In this document: positions 1 to 10,046 of the stretch, one piece after another
How positions within the stretch are numbered: position 1 is the stretch's first letter
Layout of the letters: every line of letters starts with the position of its first letter
IMG/VR virus record: IMGVR_UViG_3300046103_002699
Location: 3,807-67,806 of that record
DNA: 64,000 bases
Strand: one strand, 5' to 3'
From: a virus
Lineage: Duplodnaviria > Caudoviricetes
Made by a program: the position numbers and the translations under genes
The notes under the pieces: model-generated
What the model saw: only the letters and a program-made list of their open reading frames with translations
Databases searched by the model: none
Told to the model about the DNA's origin: nothing

Positions 1-749
1 CACGCTTCTGAGCCAAAAAAGTCTTGCCCGCACGCAGAGCCGTCAACTTTCAAATCTTGAGGTTCGCCGTCTCTCGTGTGTCGCGAGTCGTATGTCGTGT
101 CGAAATAATAGTTTCCGCAAACTTGCGACTTTGTTCTGTCGTATGCTAGTACAAATTTCATTTGCACTATTTGCGGCGTGGGTAGATTTTGTAATCCCGC
201 CGTGTGGTAAGCCCAACTCTCGCGAGGTATACTAGCAACTGCCAAGCCGCCTGCGGGCGACTCGTTGCCTAACTCAACGAATTTATGCATCTCACCACTA
301 CTCTCAGTGATCCGCGCTATGAACGACTCTCTTGGGGTTATGTCCAAGCAGAGATATTTTATCGATGCACCGCTTCGAGCTAAAATAAACTCAAAGTCCA
401 TGACGGGATTGTAAAACTCCCGCAGTCGAGGTGTACTGTAAGCTAAACCTTCTCTAACCTCCTGAACAATCCAAATAGTTTCTAGTTGGTTATAGCGCGC
501 TTGGATCAAATCGCCTGTTATCGGCACAGTGTAAGCAGCGCCGCCCGCCTCGACTAGTGTTAACAATTCATTAAAATGGCGTTCTGCTGACATTTTCCGC
601 TCTTGCTCCGAGCGACAGTCTCCTCCACACTCATCTATTTGGTGTACACGGTTTTCAACGTTGCCTGCGCCTTGTTCTTTACCGCTTGGTCTGTGTAGTT
701 CGCCTCTAAACTCTTCGCCGAATTTACCGCCTGTTGGTATTAAATCCAT
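1..749 (-). CDS. Virion-associated hypothetical protein, 3'-truncated by window edge (not in ORF track)
   Basis: ATG at 749, 5 nt after the stop of the 2217-aa gene; hand translation MDLIPTGGKFGEEFRGELHR...SACGQDFFGSEA stays open to position 1. Confidence 0.8.
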   Translation of the reverse strand, partial: MDLIPTGGKFGEEFRGELHRPSGKEQGAGNVENRVHQIDECGGDCRSEQERKMSAERHFNELLTLVEAGGAAYTVPITGDLIQARYNQLETIWIVQEVREGLAYSTPRLREFYNPVMDFEFILARSGASIKYLCLDITPRESFIARITESSGEMHKFVELGNESPAGGLAVASIPRESWAYHTAGLQNLPTPQIVQMKFVLAYDRTKSQVCGNYYFDTTYDSRHTRDGEPQDLKVDGSACGQDFFGSEA

Positions 750-754
750 ACCGT

Positions 755-3700
755 TTACGCCTTAGTCCAAACTTCGTTTCGGTAATAAACGCACCCACCA
801 AGAGCGACTACCCTGTCCGAGACTATTTTAATTACACTAGAATCTCCCTCACATTTTCCGCCTTTTAATTCGGATTCAATCCTAGCAGCAGGCGCACCCA
901 TAAACTTACAATCGGTGCATTCTGAGGAGTCAGCACCCACTACGCAATAGTCATGAAAAGTTTCTGTGTGTACAGTCACGCCGCCTGTGTGTAAGAAAAC
1001 AGTTCTTTCCAAAACTGGTGAGTAGTCATGCTCTTCTATGGTCGCGTTAGGCGGGGCTTGTTCTATAGACACCGCCACATTTGCAACTACTAATTGTTTT
1101 ACAGGAGACGCGATTATTTTGACTACCCCTTCAGGGCTAAGACCAAGCTGCCCTCTTTTAAAATACATCCCCGTGGCTCTAGTATAAAAACCTTGCGGCG
1201 GGTCGTAGCTTACTGTGGTGTATAAATCTCCAACATCATCGCATTTCATGCGAGTTTCCATGAGACATTTCCCTTGTCGGGCTGGCTGCTGGTTATACGC
1301 GCTTTCAGTGTAAACCACAGAACCGTCAGTACGGTATTGCGTCACTATTAACATCACTGCGGAGTTGTCATCTACAAATGTGTATTTGTAGCGCGTGAAA
1401 CAAGGGCCTTCTCCACCGCTTTCAGTTGACTCTGTCTGCGACATCAATCGTCCCGCTCCGTTCGGAGCTTGGTCAATTGACTCAATGGTAGTGTATGTGA
1501 TGCCACAACCATCTGTTTTAGATGTTCTAGAAACTTCTCCATACCCTTTTGCGAATGTGTAAGTGTAAATGGTGTAACAATCCGTGCCATTGAAACCTTT
1601 GCGGGTTACTTCTGATTTGCTCCACAAGCAACCTTGTCCTTGAGGAGGCTGTCCTATGCTTTTGATAGTAGTAAATACGACACCGCCTCGATTAGAAACG
1701 CTTCTATCGATTTCGCCGTCTCCTTCTGCGTATGTTGTTTCGTATATAGATAAACAAACACCGTTTTCGCCGTGAATTTCTTCTACCGCTTCTGATACTT
1801 TACACCCTGTCGCTGTAGCGGCTTGATCCATTTGACGTGTTGTGGTGTACAAAACTCCGTCACTCCACCTAGTTCTAGTGCTTAGTACTTTGCCATAAGG
1901 GGCGATAATATAAGTATAAACATATTTTTTAAAACAAGTGCCATCCATTCCCGTGACGTCTACTTCCGAACTTGTGAGCAAGCATCTGTTGCCAGCGGGA
2001 GCCTGTGGGGGCTGTCCTATCGAACGAATAGTTACTTCAGAATAACCTGACTTAGTGGAAACTGATCGGTCGTATTCTCCCGTGCCTTCGATAGTTTCCG
2101 TCTCATACACTGTGGCACAAGTGCCGTTAATGCCATCGATTGTGTAAGAAGACTCCGCTACCTTACACCCCGCACCTATAAAAGGAGCTTCGAGTGTTTT
2201 AGTAGTAGTCTTCTTTATTCCATTAGAACCGTGATTTACCGATTGTGATAAAATTCTATACGAGATGTTTTCCAAATATTCGTATTCATAAACAGTATAG
2301 CACGGGCCGTCCTCTGCGCCTTCGTGTATTATCTCTGATTTAGAAGTCAAGCATCCCTGACCCGCAGGCGCTTGTCCTACGGATTTGATTGTTTTATAAG
2401 TCAAACCGCCCGACGTTCTCACACTTGTACGGATTACACCTTCACCTGTTGCAAATTCTCTAGTGTATATGCTGTAGCAAGGGTTCCCGCCCATGTCGTT
2501 AATTTGTTTTTCGCCTTTACCGACCACGCAACCTCCGTTGGGTGGTATAGGAACAATGTTCGCCCCGACTACAGTCGTAGTAGTAACACCGTTACTGTTA
2601 GTTGAAGTGCTTTCCGAAATAATGTGACCGCTAGGCGGTACTAAAAAAGTGTAAGTGTATTGAGTGTCGCATTGAACTCCGTCTTTGTCGAAAATTCCTT
2701 CTTCGGCTTCTGCTAACATGCAACCTCCTGCGGGTGCGGCGGGAGGCGCTCCTATAGCGCGTACAGTAATTTCAACGCCACCATCTGATCTCGTCGAGGC
2801 TTTGTTGTCTATTATGCCCGTTCCTACTGTGAATTCGGCAGTGTAAACTGAAAAACAGACGGCACCGTCGATGTCTTTAATCTCTTTTTTACTTTCCCCC
2901 GTTTGACAACCTTTCCCTACGGGTACTTGACCGACCGATTTTATAGAGGTAATAGATTTACCACCTCCACTGCGAGTTGTTCTTTCGATTTCGCCCGCTG
3001 CGGGTGCTGATCCGTAAGTAGAAGTGTAGCGCGTAAAACACAAGGCTCCGTCAGCATCTCTAAACTCTTTAGTCTCTTCGCCCATAGTACAACCGCCTGC
3101 GGGTCTACCCCCGCCTTTGTTTGTGCTTACGACCGTAGTTAGTAACATGTTATCGGGGCCTGTTCGGGTGCTTCTAGAGATGACACCTGTTTGCCACATC
3201 ATAAAAGTGCGCGTTTCTATAGCGTCGCAGGCACCTCCCTTTATATCGTAGACGGTTTCAGTTGAGCGCTGCGTCACGCAAGTACCGCCTGCGGGAACCC
3301 CTCCAAATTTTTTGATTCTAGTAAAAGTAATACCGTCTGAAGAAGTGACACTTCTATCGAGCTCTCCTTGACCCGAAGTGTATTCAGCAGTGTAAATCGT
3401 GACGCACACACCTCCGTCGATGTCTTTTATCTCTTCTTTACCTTCCGCAGTTAAACAACCGTTACCTCCAGGCCTTGCCCCGATTGCTTTTATCCTAGTT
3501 ACCGTCAGCCCGCCGTTAGTCTTGACGCTTCTTTCTACCTCGCCCTGACCGCTTGCTAAAAATTCATAATCGTAAATTGTCAAACAATCTGCGCCGTCTA
3601 CGCTTTTTGTAACTTCTTCGCGTTTCGCGACTGTACAACCATTGCCCGTAGGCGCGGCTCCTATTGCTTTTATTCTAGTTCTAGTTAACCCCGCGCTAGT

Positions 3701-6700
3701 AGAGGTAGATCGTTCCAGTTCGCCTGCACCGCTTGCAAAGGTGTAATCAAATATTGAAAAACATTTTCCATTTACGCCATTAATCTCTTCTTCGCTTTTA
3801 GCAACTATACAGCCGTTCCCTTGAGGCGCAGCGCCGATTGTTTTTACTCTCTCCTTAGTGACACCACCGCTAGTGCTAGTGCTCCGCTCTAGCTCTCCCG
3901 CTCCTTCTGCAAATGTGTATTCGTAAATTGTGTAACAAGCTCCGTCTACGCCTTGGACTTCTTCTTCGCCTTTAGCTACCAAGCATCCGTCTCCTTGTGG
4001 AACCGCACCAATAGCGCGAATACGAGTTTTAGTAACGCCTCCACTAGAAGAAACAGACCGAGAAATCTCTCCCGCTCCTTCTACAAATGTATAGTCGTAA
4101 ATTGTATCGCACACACCTCCGTCAACGTCTTTAATTTGTTCTTCGCTTTTTGCTACGACGCACCCTGCGTTTGCGGGAATCCCGCCAAATTGTTTGATGC
4201 GAGTTTTAGTCACGCCGCCTGACGACGAAACAGACCGTTCCATTTCACCCGCGCCTTCTAAGAAAGTGTAATCGTAAAGAGTTTCGCACACAGCACCCGC
4301 TAGATCGAAAATTTGTTCTTCGTTTTTAGCAACTACACAACCGCCTACGGGAGCCGCTCCTATCGTTTTCTTTCTTCTTCTAGTTATGCCGTTTGAAGTG
4401 GAAACGCTCTCATCGACGACCCCAACTCCTTCTGCAAAAGTTTTGGAAAATACTTCCGCAAAGACGCTGCCGTCAACATCGTACAAAGATTTATCAGATT
4501 CAGCCGTGACACAACCACCTTGTGCGGGCATGTTGTTGATCGCTGTGATGTCAGTCAGCTTCATTTGTCCCGACATTCTCACGCTTTTAGAGACTTCGAG
4601 GTCGGCGGGTAGAACCGCGAACGTGTATTCGTATTCCGTGACTGCGTTGGCTCCGTCGAGACAATTGTGTCGCGTTTCGCGCTTCGCGATTATTGCTACG
4701 CTATTCGGGAAAACGGGTGGAGCGTTCCCTGTTTTAGAAACCGTTGGGTAAAAAATTCCGTATTGATCTGAACGAGTCGAGGTTACTAAATCGGGAATAT
4801 TTGCAGAAGAGGTGTACGTTTTCTTGTACAACACATAACCGTCTAGGTCTTCTATGTCCTGTGCGGTGACGCAACCCTGCGGTGCGGGCTCATCATCAAC
4901 CATTAAATAGGTTACAGTCGTGCGAATAGTGTCTCCCGAACTTGTTGATTTAGATTCCTGTATTCTGCCCGCTCCTAGTGCGTACACATCTGTAAATACT
5001 TCAAAGTTTCCGCTTCTGTCGCTTCTTTCGCTGACTCGCGTAAATCCAGCTTGATTCGGTGCTTGGGCTCCTATGCTCTGAATCGTCAGTATCTGTAGCG
5101 CGCCCTGTTTCCTCGTCTCTAGCTTCCTGTCGATCTCGCCTTGTCCCTGCACTCCCACAATCGTGTGGACTTCGTACCCATCTTTTTCCTCTGCGGTTGT
5201 ACGGTAGATTTGACCTTGCGGGATGGTAGTAGTGGGAATGCCCCCGTTTGCGGTTAGCCATACTTCTGTTGTTATCGTCGCTAGACCTTTTTCTTCTTCC
5301 GTACTACTAATAAGTCCCGCGCCTTTTGCGTAGACATCTGTAAAAACATCGTAACGACCGCTTTGGTTGAGTTTTTCTGACACTCTTACATACCCGTTAG
5401 GGACTGCGCTTTGTTGCCCTATGTTCTGTATAGTCAGTACTTCTAGCGCGCCGTTGTGTCGCACATCTAATTTTCGATCTATTTCCCCTGCTCCCACCAC
5501 ACCTCGTATTGTGTGGATTTCATAACCGTCACGCTCGTCTACTTTGGTCTCGAAAATTTGATTTGTAGGTATGTTTGAAGTCGGAGTTCCGCCATTCGGC
5601 ACGATGTGTACTTCTGTGGCAAGCTGCGCGGTACCTTTGTCTTCTTCCTCCGTGGATATCAATCCTAACCCCTTGACATACACATCTGTAAAGACATCGA
5701 ACTGCCCCGATTGGTTGTATGTTTGTGAAATTCTATCGTAACCCGCAGGGACTGCGCTTTGTTGCCCTATGTTTTGGATTCTTATTACAGAAAGGGCGCC
5801 GTTGTGCTTTGTTTCTTCTTTTCGCTCGATTTCTCCCGAACCGATTACGCCGCTGATGGTGTGTATTTCATAACCATCTTTTTCTTCTACCCGTGTTTGA
5901 AACACTTGGGTGGGTGGTATGTTAGAAGCAGGCGTTCCGCCGTTCACTGTAATGTGAACTTCTGTGGTAATTTGGGCGGTTCCTTTGTCTTCTTGAGAAG
6001 ATGACACAAGACCACTGCCTTTGACGTACACATCGGTAAAAACATCAAACCTACCTGATTGGTCGAAATTCTCCGAAATTCGTACATATCCCACGGGAGC
6101 TGTCGATTGCGCACCTATGTTTTTTATAGTGAGCACCGTGAGTGCTCCGTTGTGTTTGGTTTCTAAACGACGCTCAATTTCACCCTGTCCAACGACACCT
6201 CGTATGGTGTGGATTTCGTAGCCGTCTTTTTCTTCTAACTTAGTCTCAAAAATTTGATTAGGCGTAATACCGTGAGCGGGAACGCCTCCGTCGGGCGTTA
6301 TCCAAATTTCAGTTGTTATTTGAGCTGTGCCTTTGTCTTCCTCTTCTCTTGACACTAAACCTAAACCTTTAACATAAACATCTGTAAAAACATCAAACGA
6401 TCCGCTTTGGTCATGGTCTTCAGAAATTCTAACAAACCCCACAGGCACTGTGCTTTGGGCACCTATGTTTTTAATTGTAATTATTTCAAGCGCACCGTTG
6501 TAGCGCACTTCGTGCTTTCGATCAATTTCGCCTTGCCCGACTACGCCTTTGATTGTCCACAGATCATATCCGTCTTTGTCTTCTTCTCTCGTTTCGTAAA
6601 TCTGATTAGGAGGTATAGTACTATGAGGTGTGTAAGGATCGCCGTCGGCTACTATAATAACTTCTGTAGTAATTTGAGTAGGGCCTTTGTCTTCTTCTTC

Positions 6701-7408
6701 TACTATAATTCGTCCCGCTCCTTTAACCAAAGTCCATGACTTTACTTCAAGTCCTCCAAAGTTGTAGTCGGTAGAACCCGAACCTGACATACTTTCTACT
6801 AAAACCCAATCGGGTGCTAAACCCGCTTGAGCTAAAAAACTAGCCTGTGTGTCTATTCCAATAGAGCGGTAAGTACGTATTTTTAACTTTCCGTTGTACT
6901 TTACCTCTTCTTTAAAAGATACAATGCCTATTTCAAAGTATTCTTCTTTGTATTCTGCGTAGCACTCCTTTTCGTCGAAAGTGACTCTTGCAAGAACAGT
7001 CTCATCGCCGTTAGGTGTTACCCATTTTTCAGTTCCTACCCGTGCTTCACTCCAAGCAATATTATAAGGCTCTTTTACTATGTATGACTTAGTGACACGT
7101 ACTCTACCTATTCCGTCTCGTATGTAGTCGGGCGGGTCAATTTCTGCGGGTAGGTCGTTTACTTCTTGGTACACACGAGTCAAAACATCTTGGCTTGCGT
7201 CTTGGCTACCTTCTAGCTTTTGCTGAACCAATAAAGCTTCGCCGTACTCTTCGTCAGGCGTGCAGAAAGGTTGGAAAACAAGAGTTTCTACAGTTGGTTC
7301 GGCACTGCTAGGGCCATGAACCACGTACCTTCTAGTAATTTTACGTAAACCGTTAGTCGCTTTCTCAACAACAGGTTTACCAATAGGTCGTAAGAAGTCG
7401 TTTGGCAT
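755..7408 (-). CDS. 2217-aa repetitive virion fibre/tail protein
   Basis: About 5 copies of a ~116-aa unit (GEIDRK..NGAL..IG.QS..GY.R.S....SG.FDVFTDVY.KG) then about 20 copies of a ~60-aa unit, mostly with two Cys; lies directly after the adaptor gene. Confidence 0.7.
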   Translation of the reverse strand: MPNDFLRPIGKPVVEKATNGLRKITRRYVVHGPSSAEPTVETLVFQPFCTPDEEYGEALLVQQKLEGSQDASQDVLTRVYQEVNDLPAEIDPPDYIRDGIGRVRVTKSYIVKEPYNIAWSEARVGTEKWVTPNGDETVLARVTFDEKECYAEYKEEYFEIGIVSFKEEVKYNGKLKIRTYRSIGIDTQASFLAQAGLAPDWVLVESMSGSGSTDYNFGGLEVKSWTLVKGAGRIIVEEEDKGPTQITTEVIIVADGDPYTPHSTIPPNQIYETREEDKDGYDLWTIKGVVGQGEIDRKHEVRYNGALEIITIKNIGAQSTVPVGFVRISEDHDQSGSFDVFTDVYVKGLGLVSREEEDKGTAQITTEIWITPDGGVPAHGITPNQIFETKLEEKDGYEIHTIRGVVGQGEIERRLETKHNGALTVLTIKNIGAQSTAPVGYVRISENFDQSGRFDVFTDVYVKGSGLVSSSQEDKGTAQITTEVHITVNGGTPASNIPPTQVFQTRVEEKDGYEIHTISGVIGSGEIERKEETKHNGALSVIRIQNIGQQSAVPAGYDRISQTYNQSGQFDVFTDVYVKGLGLISTEEEDKGTAQLATEVHIVPNGGTPTSNIPTNQIFETKVDERDGYEIHTIRGVVGAGEIDRKLDVRHNGALEVLTIQNIGQQSAVPNGYVRVSEKLNQSGRYDVFTDVYAKGAGLISSTEEEKGLATITTEVWLTANGGIPTTTIPQGQIYRTTAEEKDGYEVHTIVGVQGQGEIDRKLETRKQGALQILTIQSIGAQAPNQAGFTRVSERSDRSGNFEVFTDVYALGAGRIQESKSTSSGDTIRTTVTYLMVDDEPAPQGCVTAQDIEDLDGYVLYKKTYTSSANIPDLVTSTRSDQYGIFYPTVSKTGNAPPVFPNSVAIIAKRETRHNCLDGANAVTEYEYTFAVLPADLEVSKSVRMSGQMKLTDITAINNMPAQGGCVTAESDKSLYDVDGSVFAEVFSKTFAEGVGVVDESVSTSNGITRRRKKTIGAAPVGGCVVAKNEEQIFDLAGAVCETLYDYTFLEGAGEMERSVSSSGGVTKTRIKQFGGIPANAGCVVAKSEEQIKDVDGGVCDTIYDYTFVEGAGEISRSVSSSGGVTKTRIRAIGAVPQGDGCLVAKGEEEVQGVDGACYTIYEYTFAEGAGELERSTSTSGGVTKERVKTIGAAPQGNGCIVAKSEEEINGVNGKCFSIFDYTFASGAGELERSTSTSAGLTRTRIKAIGAAPTGNGCTVAKREEVTKSVDGADCLTIYDYEFLASGQGEVERSVKTNGGLTVTRIKAIGARPGGNGCLTAEGKEEIKDIDGGVCVTIYTAEYTSGQGELDRSVTSSDGITFTRIKKFGGVPAGGTCVTQRSTETVYDIKGGACDAIETRTFMMWQTGVISRSTRTGPDNMLLTTVVSTNKGGGRPAGGCTMGEETKEFRDADGALCFTRYTSTYGSAPAAGEIERTTRSGGGKSITSIKSVGQVPVGKGCQTGESKKEIKDIDGAVCFSVYTAEFTVGTGIIDNKASTRSDGGVEITVRAIGAPPAAPAGGCMLAEAEEGIFDKDGVQCDTQYTYTFLVPPSGHIISESTSTNSNGVTTTTVVGANIVPIPPNGGCVVGKGEKQINDMGGNPCYSIYTREFATGEGVIRTSVRTSGGLTYKTIKSVGQAPAGQGCLTSKSEIIHEGAEDGPCYTVYEYEYLENISYRILSQSVNHGSNGIKKTTTKTLEAPFIGAGCKVAESSYTIDGINGTCATVYETETIEGTGEYDRSVSTKSGYSEVTIRSIGQPPQAPAGNRCLLTSSEVDVTGMDGTCFKKYVYTYIIAPYGKVLSTRTRWSDGVLYTTTRQMDQAATATGCKVSEAVEEIHGENGVCLSIYETTYAEGDGEIDRSVSNRGGVVFTTIKSIGQPPQGQGCLWSKSEVTRKGFNGTDCYTIYTYTFAKGYGEVSRTSKTDGCGITYTTIESIDQAPNGAGRLMSQTESTESGGEGPCFTRYKYTFVDDNSAVMLIVTQYRTDGSVVYTESAYNQQPARQGKCLMETRMKCDDVGDLYTTVSYDPPQGFYTRATGMYFKRGQLGLSPEGVVKIIASPVKQLVVANVAVSIEQAPPNATIEEHDYSPVLERTVFLHTGGVTVHTETFHDYCVVGADSSECTDCKFMGAPAARIESELKGGKCEGDSSVIKIVSDRVVALGGCVYYRNEVWTKA

Positions 7409-7409
7409 A

Positions 7410-8366
7410 TTAGTATCCTACTTTTAATCGTACTCTTCGACTGCGTACTTTCTGCGCGTCTCCTAAAGTTTTGAGACGTTTTTTAGCGTCTTCTGCGTCT
7501 GCTATTAAAAACTGAATGTTTTGTGAGTTGTATCGAGGGTCTACCATCGCGAGCTTTGCCCGCGCTATTGGGAGCAAAATATCATCAATTACATCTGCGG
7601 GTAGCACCGCTCGGTCTGCGTCTTTAGAAAGTTTTGTGGGTAAAATATTTGCCCGCAGTCGAATGCTGTACGGTTCTTGTGGTAGTGGGTATACGACTAG
7701 TCTTCTAGTTAAGACTGTTTCGTGTCCTAAGTTAGCGGAATCCACATAAAAAAACATAGGACTGCCGTAGTTATACTCATCGCCGTTTGTAGTAATGTGA
7801 GGGGCGCGTTTATTTCCAAAGGCAGTTTGCGGAGCAAAGTCGTATCCTAATAAGCTTCTATAGCGCGCCTCTTCGTCGTGCCCGTTCATTGGTGATAGTA
7901 CACCCCATCCAACACGTTCAGGACGTCCATCTACATCGACCACTTCTGCGGGCAGTCTTTGTGAGTTGTGATTTACTTTAAAAGTGGTTTCGCTCGTAGA
8001 AGAAGCCCCGATAAACTCTCCTGTCAGCGTTGTGCTGTCAACGCTTGCTATGCGGTTTGCGACTCCGCCAATAAAACACATGCTTCCCTCCATGTCTGAA
8101 GTTAAATCTGTTCCTGTGTAGCTGAAGGCAGTCGAGCCTTCTGTCGTCTGCCCTGCAATACTAATAACTCCTTTGTAATCGAAGCCCATAGCGCGTACAG
8201 ACCAAGGCGGACGAAACCCGTCTGACGGTGTGTACATCTCTCGGTAAGATTGGTTAATTATTTTTTTTATGCGCTCTTGTTCGACTAATGGTAGGTTACC
8301 CACGTCGGAAGCCCCCATCATAGCGCCTAGTTGGTTTTGCAAATCTAAAAAGTCACCGTCAGCCAT
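7410..8366 (-). CDS. Putative head-tail adaptor (tail tubular A / P22 gp4-like position)
   Basis: Follows the capsid gene; N-terminal helical segment (KKIINQSYREM) and C-terminal P...LSKDADR..LP....DDILLPIARAKLA pattern typical of podovirus adaptors. Confidence 0.55.
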   Translation of the reverse strand: MADGDFLDLQNQLGAMMGASDVGNLPLVEQERIKKIINQSYREMYTPSDGFRPPWSVRAMGFDYKGVISIAGQTTEGSTAFSYTGTDLTSDMEGSMCFIGGVANRIASVDSTTLTGEFIGASSTSETTFKVNHNSQRLPAEVVDVDGRPERVGWGVLSPMNGHDEEARYRSLLGYDFAPQTAFGNKRAPHITTNGDEYNYGSPMFFYVDSANLGHETVLTRRLVVYPLPQEPYSIRLRANILPTKLSKDADRAVLPADVIDDILLPIARAKLAMVDPRYNSQNIQFLIADAEDAKKRLKTLGDAQKVRSRRVRLKVGY

Positions 8367-8415
8367 AATATAGTATATTGTTCTGCTTACTAGTGGACGT
8401 AAACAAGTTGTATTA
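8367..8415 (-). promoter_or_regulatory. Late promoter with TAATACAAC box, 49 nt before ATG 8366
   Basis: Minus strand TAATACAAC-TTG-TTTACG...TATACTATATT-ATG; same geometry as five other sites. Confidence 0.55.
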
Positions 8416-8452
8416 AAAAGGGGCTCCCCGCATATGCAGTGAGCCCCCTTTT
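8415..8452 (-). terminator. Intrinsic terminator after the major capsid gene
   Basis: Stem GGGGCTC/GAGCCCC flanked by A- and T-runs on both sides, so possibly bidirectional. Confidence 0.6.
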
Positions 8453-8488
8453 AAAGTTATGGAATTGCTTCCGTCGTAAAGGGCAATC

Positions 8489-9991
8489 TTAAAGATTTAC
8501 GCCCACAATCTTCGCGCGAGCTGCGACTAGATTGTAGTTAGGCATACGTCCTAATGTGTCCTTGAACGGAGCTAACCCACGCACTGACTGAACACCTGTT
8601 GCGGTAAGGTGTGCTCGTCCGCTCGACGTTGCGAAATCATCGTAATGGTAGATAGGCTCAGAACTGATCGATCCTTCGGCGTAGTACATAGCGTTTCCGC
8701 CCATGTGCAACTTAAAGCCCATTGGCTTACCGTCCGCGTAAGATTGATAAATGATTGAACCCGCATCGACTTTATCAATGTTAGCACCACCCATTGCGGA
8801 ACTTTTAACATTGGTCAAAGTACCCCCTGAGCGAGCAAGCTCATTCCCTGCCGCAGCGACATCGGCTGACTTGTACTTCACAACATTGTACTTGTGAGTC
8901 TTGGTGTCATAGATGGTGAGGTGGTACTCACGAGCGTCTGTGGAGGCTGTGAAGTTATTCGTATAGCTTTGTCCCGCAGTAGTGAACTTCCAATCGAATC
9001 CTAAGAAGTTAGCGAAGTAGTCCAAGTCGTTGTTGCCGTAATGTCCGCCACCTTCGATCTTGCCCGTATTTACATTACCTGCTGCGACAATGTTTTTGCC
9101 GAGAAATGCAACGGGAAGTAAAGGAGAACCTTGGCGACCTTCAGCCGTATCAAAAATGATGTTGTGGCTATAGATAACATTGTTTTCCCAAGCAGGCAGA
9201 GTTCCTTTAAAATACGGGTGATCCGTAGTGGAACGTGAAGCGGCGTACTGTAGCGCGGGAGCATAACTAGCGTCGGCGCGAAGGCTGTTCATAATGTTTG
9301 CGGGAGCAAACGATAAGTACTGAGGAACATCTGCTCCTGAGTAGTCGGAATCAATTGACATAGGCTGTGCGCCTGCACCGATCAAACGAAGTTTTGACTC
9401 TTCGATCATGTCAGTGGTCAAGATGCCTGTGTTCCACGAGAAGTTATCGGTGGCAGCTTTCCACCCTGTGGCATGGTCATTGGTTTGCGCTAGAGCTTCG
9501 TTACGAAACGCAATTTGAATGTCGTCTTGCATTTTACGAGCTGCCCAATCTGACATCAACTCAGCAGAGAGTTGGTCAAGGGTTTTGCCTGTAAAACGAA
9601 GTAGCTGTAAAACCTGTGTGTAAGCAACAGCGTGACGAATGAGATCAACTTCAACGGAGTGTGTTCCGAAGCGAAGGTTATCTTCATTGCCTTTAAGTTG
9701 GTTTTCACCGATTACACCTTGTCCGCGAATGGGAGTAGTGGAGGTAAAAGTAACTTTGGCTTTTCCGCCTGCTGCAAGATCGCGTTTAGTTACGACGGGC
9801 TGATTAGCTCCTTCGCCACCTACGAAATCTTTGAAAATGTTTTTCTCTTTGGTGTCCCGACGAACGAGCTCAGACCAAATCTCAGGTTTAAGTGATGAGT
9901 CTTGACCTGCGTAATCGGTAGCTCCTGGTAATTCGCGAACTGAACTGTTAACTGCTTGTGTGCCTATATTAGTACTTGATGGTAATGCCAT
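8489..9991 (-). CDS. Major capsid protein (DUF4043/N4-gp56-like)
   Basis: RDLAAGGKAKVTF..GQGVIGENQLKGNEDNL....VEVDLIRHAV signature; follows scaffold-like gene; strong SD AAGGAGG. Confidence 0.8.
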   Translation of the reverse strand: MALPSSTNIGTQAVNSSVRELPGATDYAGQDSSLKPEIWSELVRRDTKEKNIFKDFVGGEGANQPVVTKRDLAAGGKAKVTFTSTTPIRGQGVIGENQLKGNEDNLRFGTHSVEVDLIRHAVAYTQVLQLLRFTGKTLDQLSAELMSDWAARKMQDDIQIAFRNEALAQTNDHATGWKAATDNFSWNTGILTTDMIEESKLRLIGAGAQPMSIDSDYSGADVPQYLSFAPANIMNSLRADASYAPALQYAASRSTTDHPYFKGTLPAWENNVIYSHNIIFDTAEGRQGSPLLPVAFLGKNIVAAGNVNTGKIEGGGHYGNNDLDYFANFLGFDWKFTTAGQSYTNNFTASTDAREYHLTIYDTKTHKYNVVKYKSADVAAAGNELARSGGTLTNVKSSAMGGANIDKVDAGSIIYQSYADGKPMGFKLHMGGNAMYYAEGSISSEPIYHYDDFATSSGRAHLTATGVQSVRGLAPFKDTLGRMPNYNLVAARAKIVGVNL

Positions 9992-10046
9992 GATAAAAGC
10001 CCCTCCTTGAGGCGGTATTGTTTAAATTAAGTAGGGGCAAAATTTA

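Noticed and set aside
755-7408. Rhs/YD-repeat toxin or diversity-generating retroelement target
   Set aside because: No YD consensus or Rhs core end motif, and no reverse transcriptase or template/variable repeat pair seen in the window.
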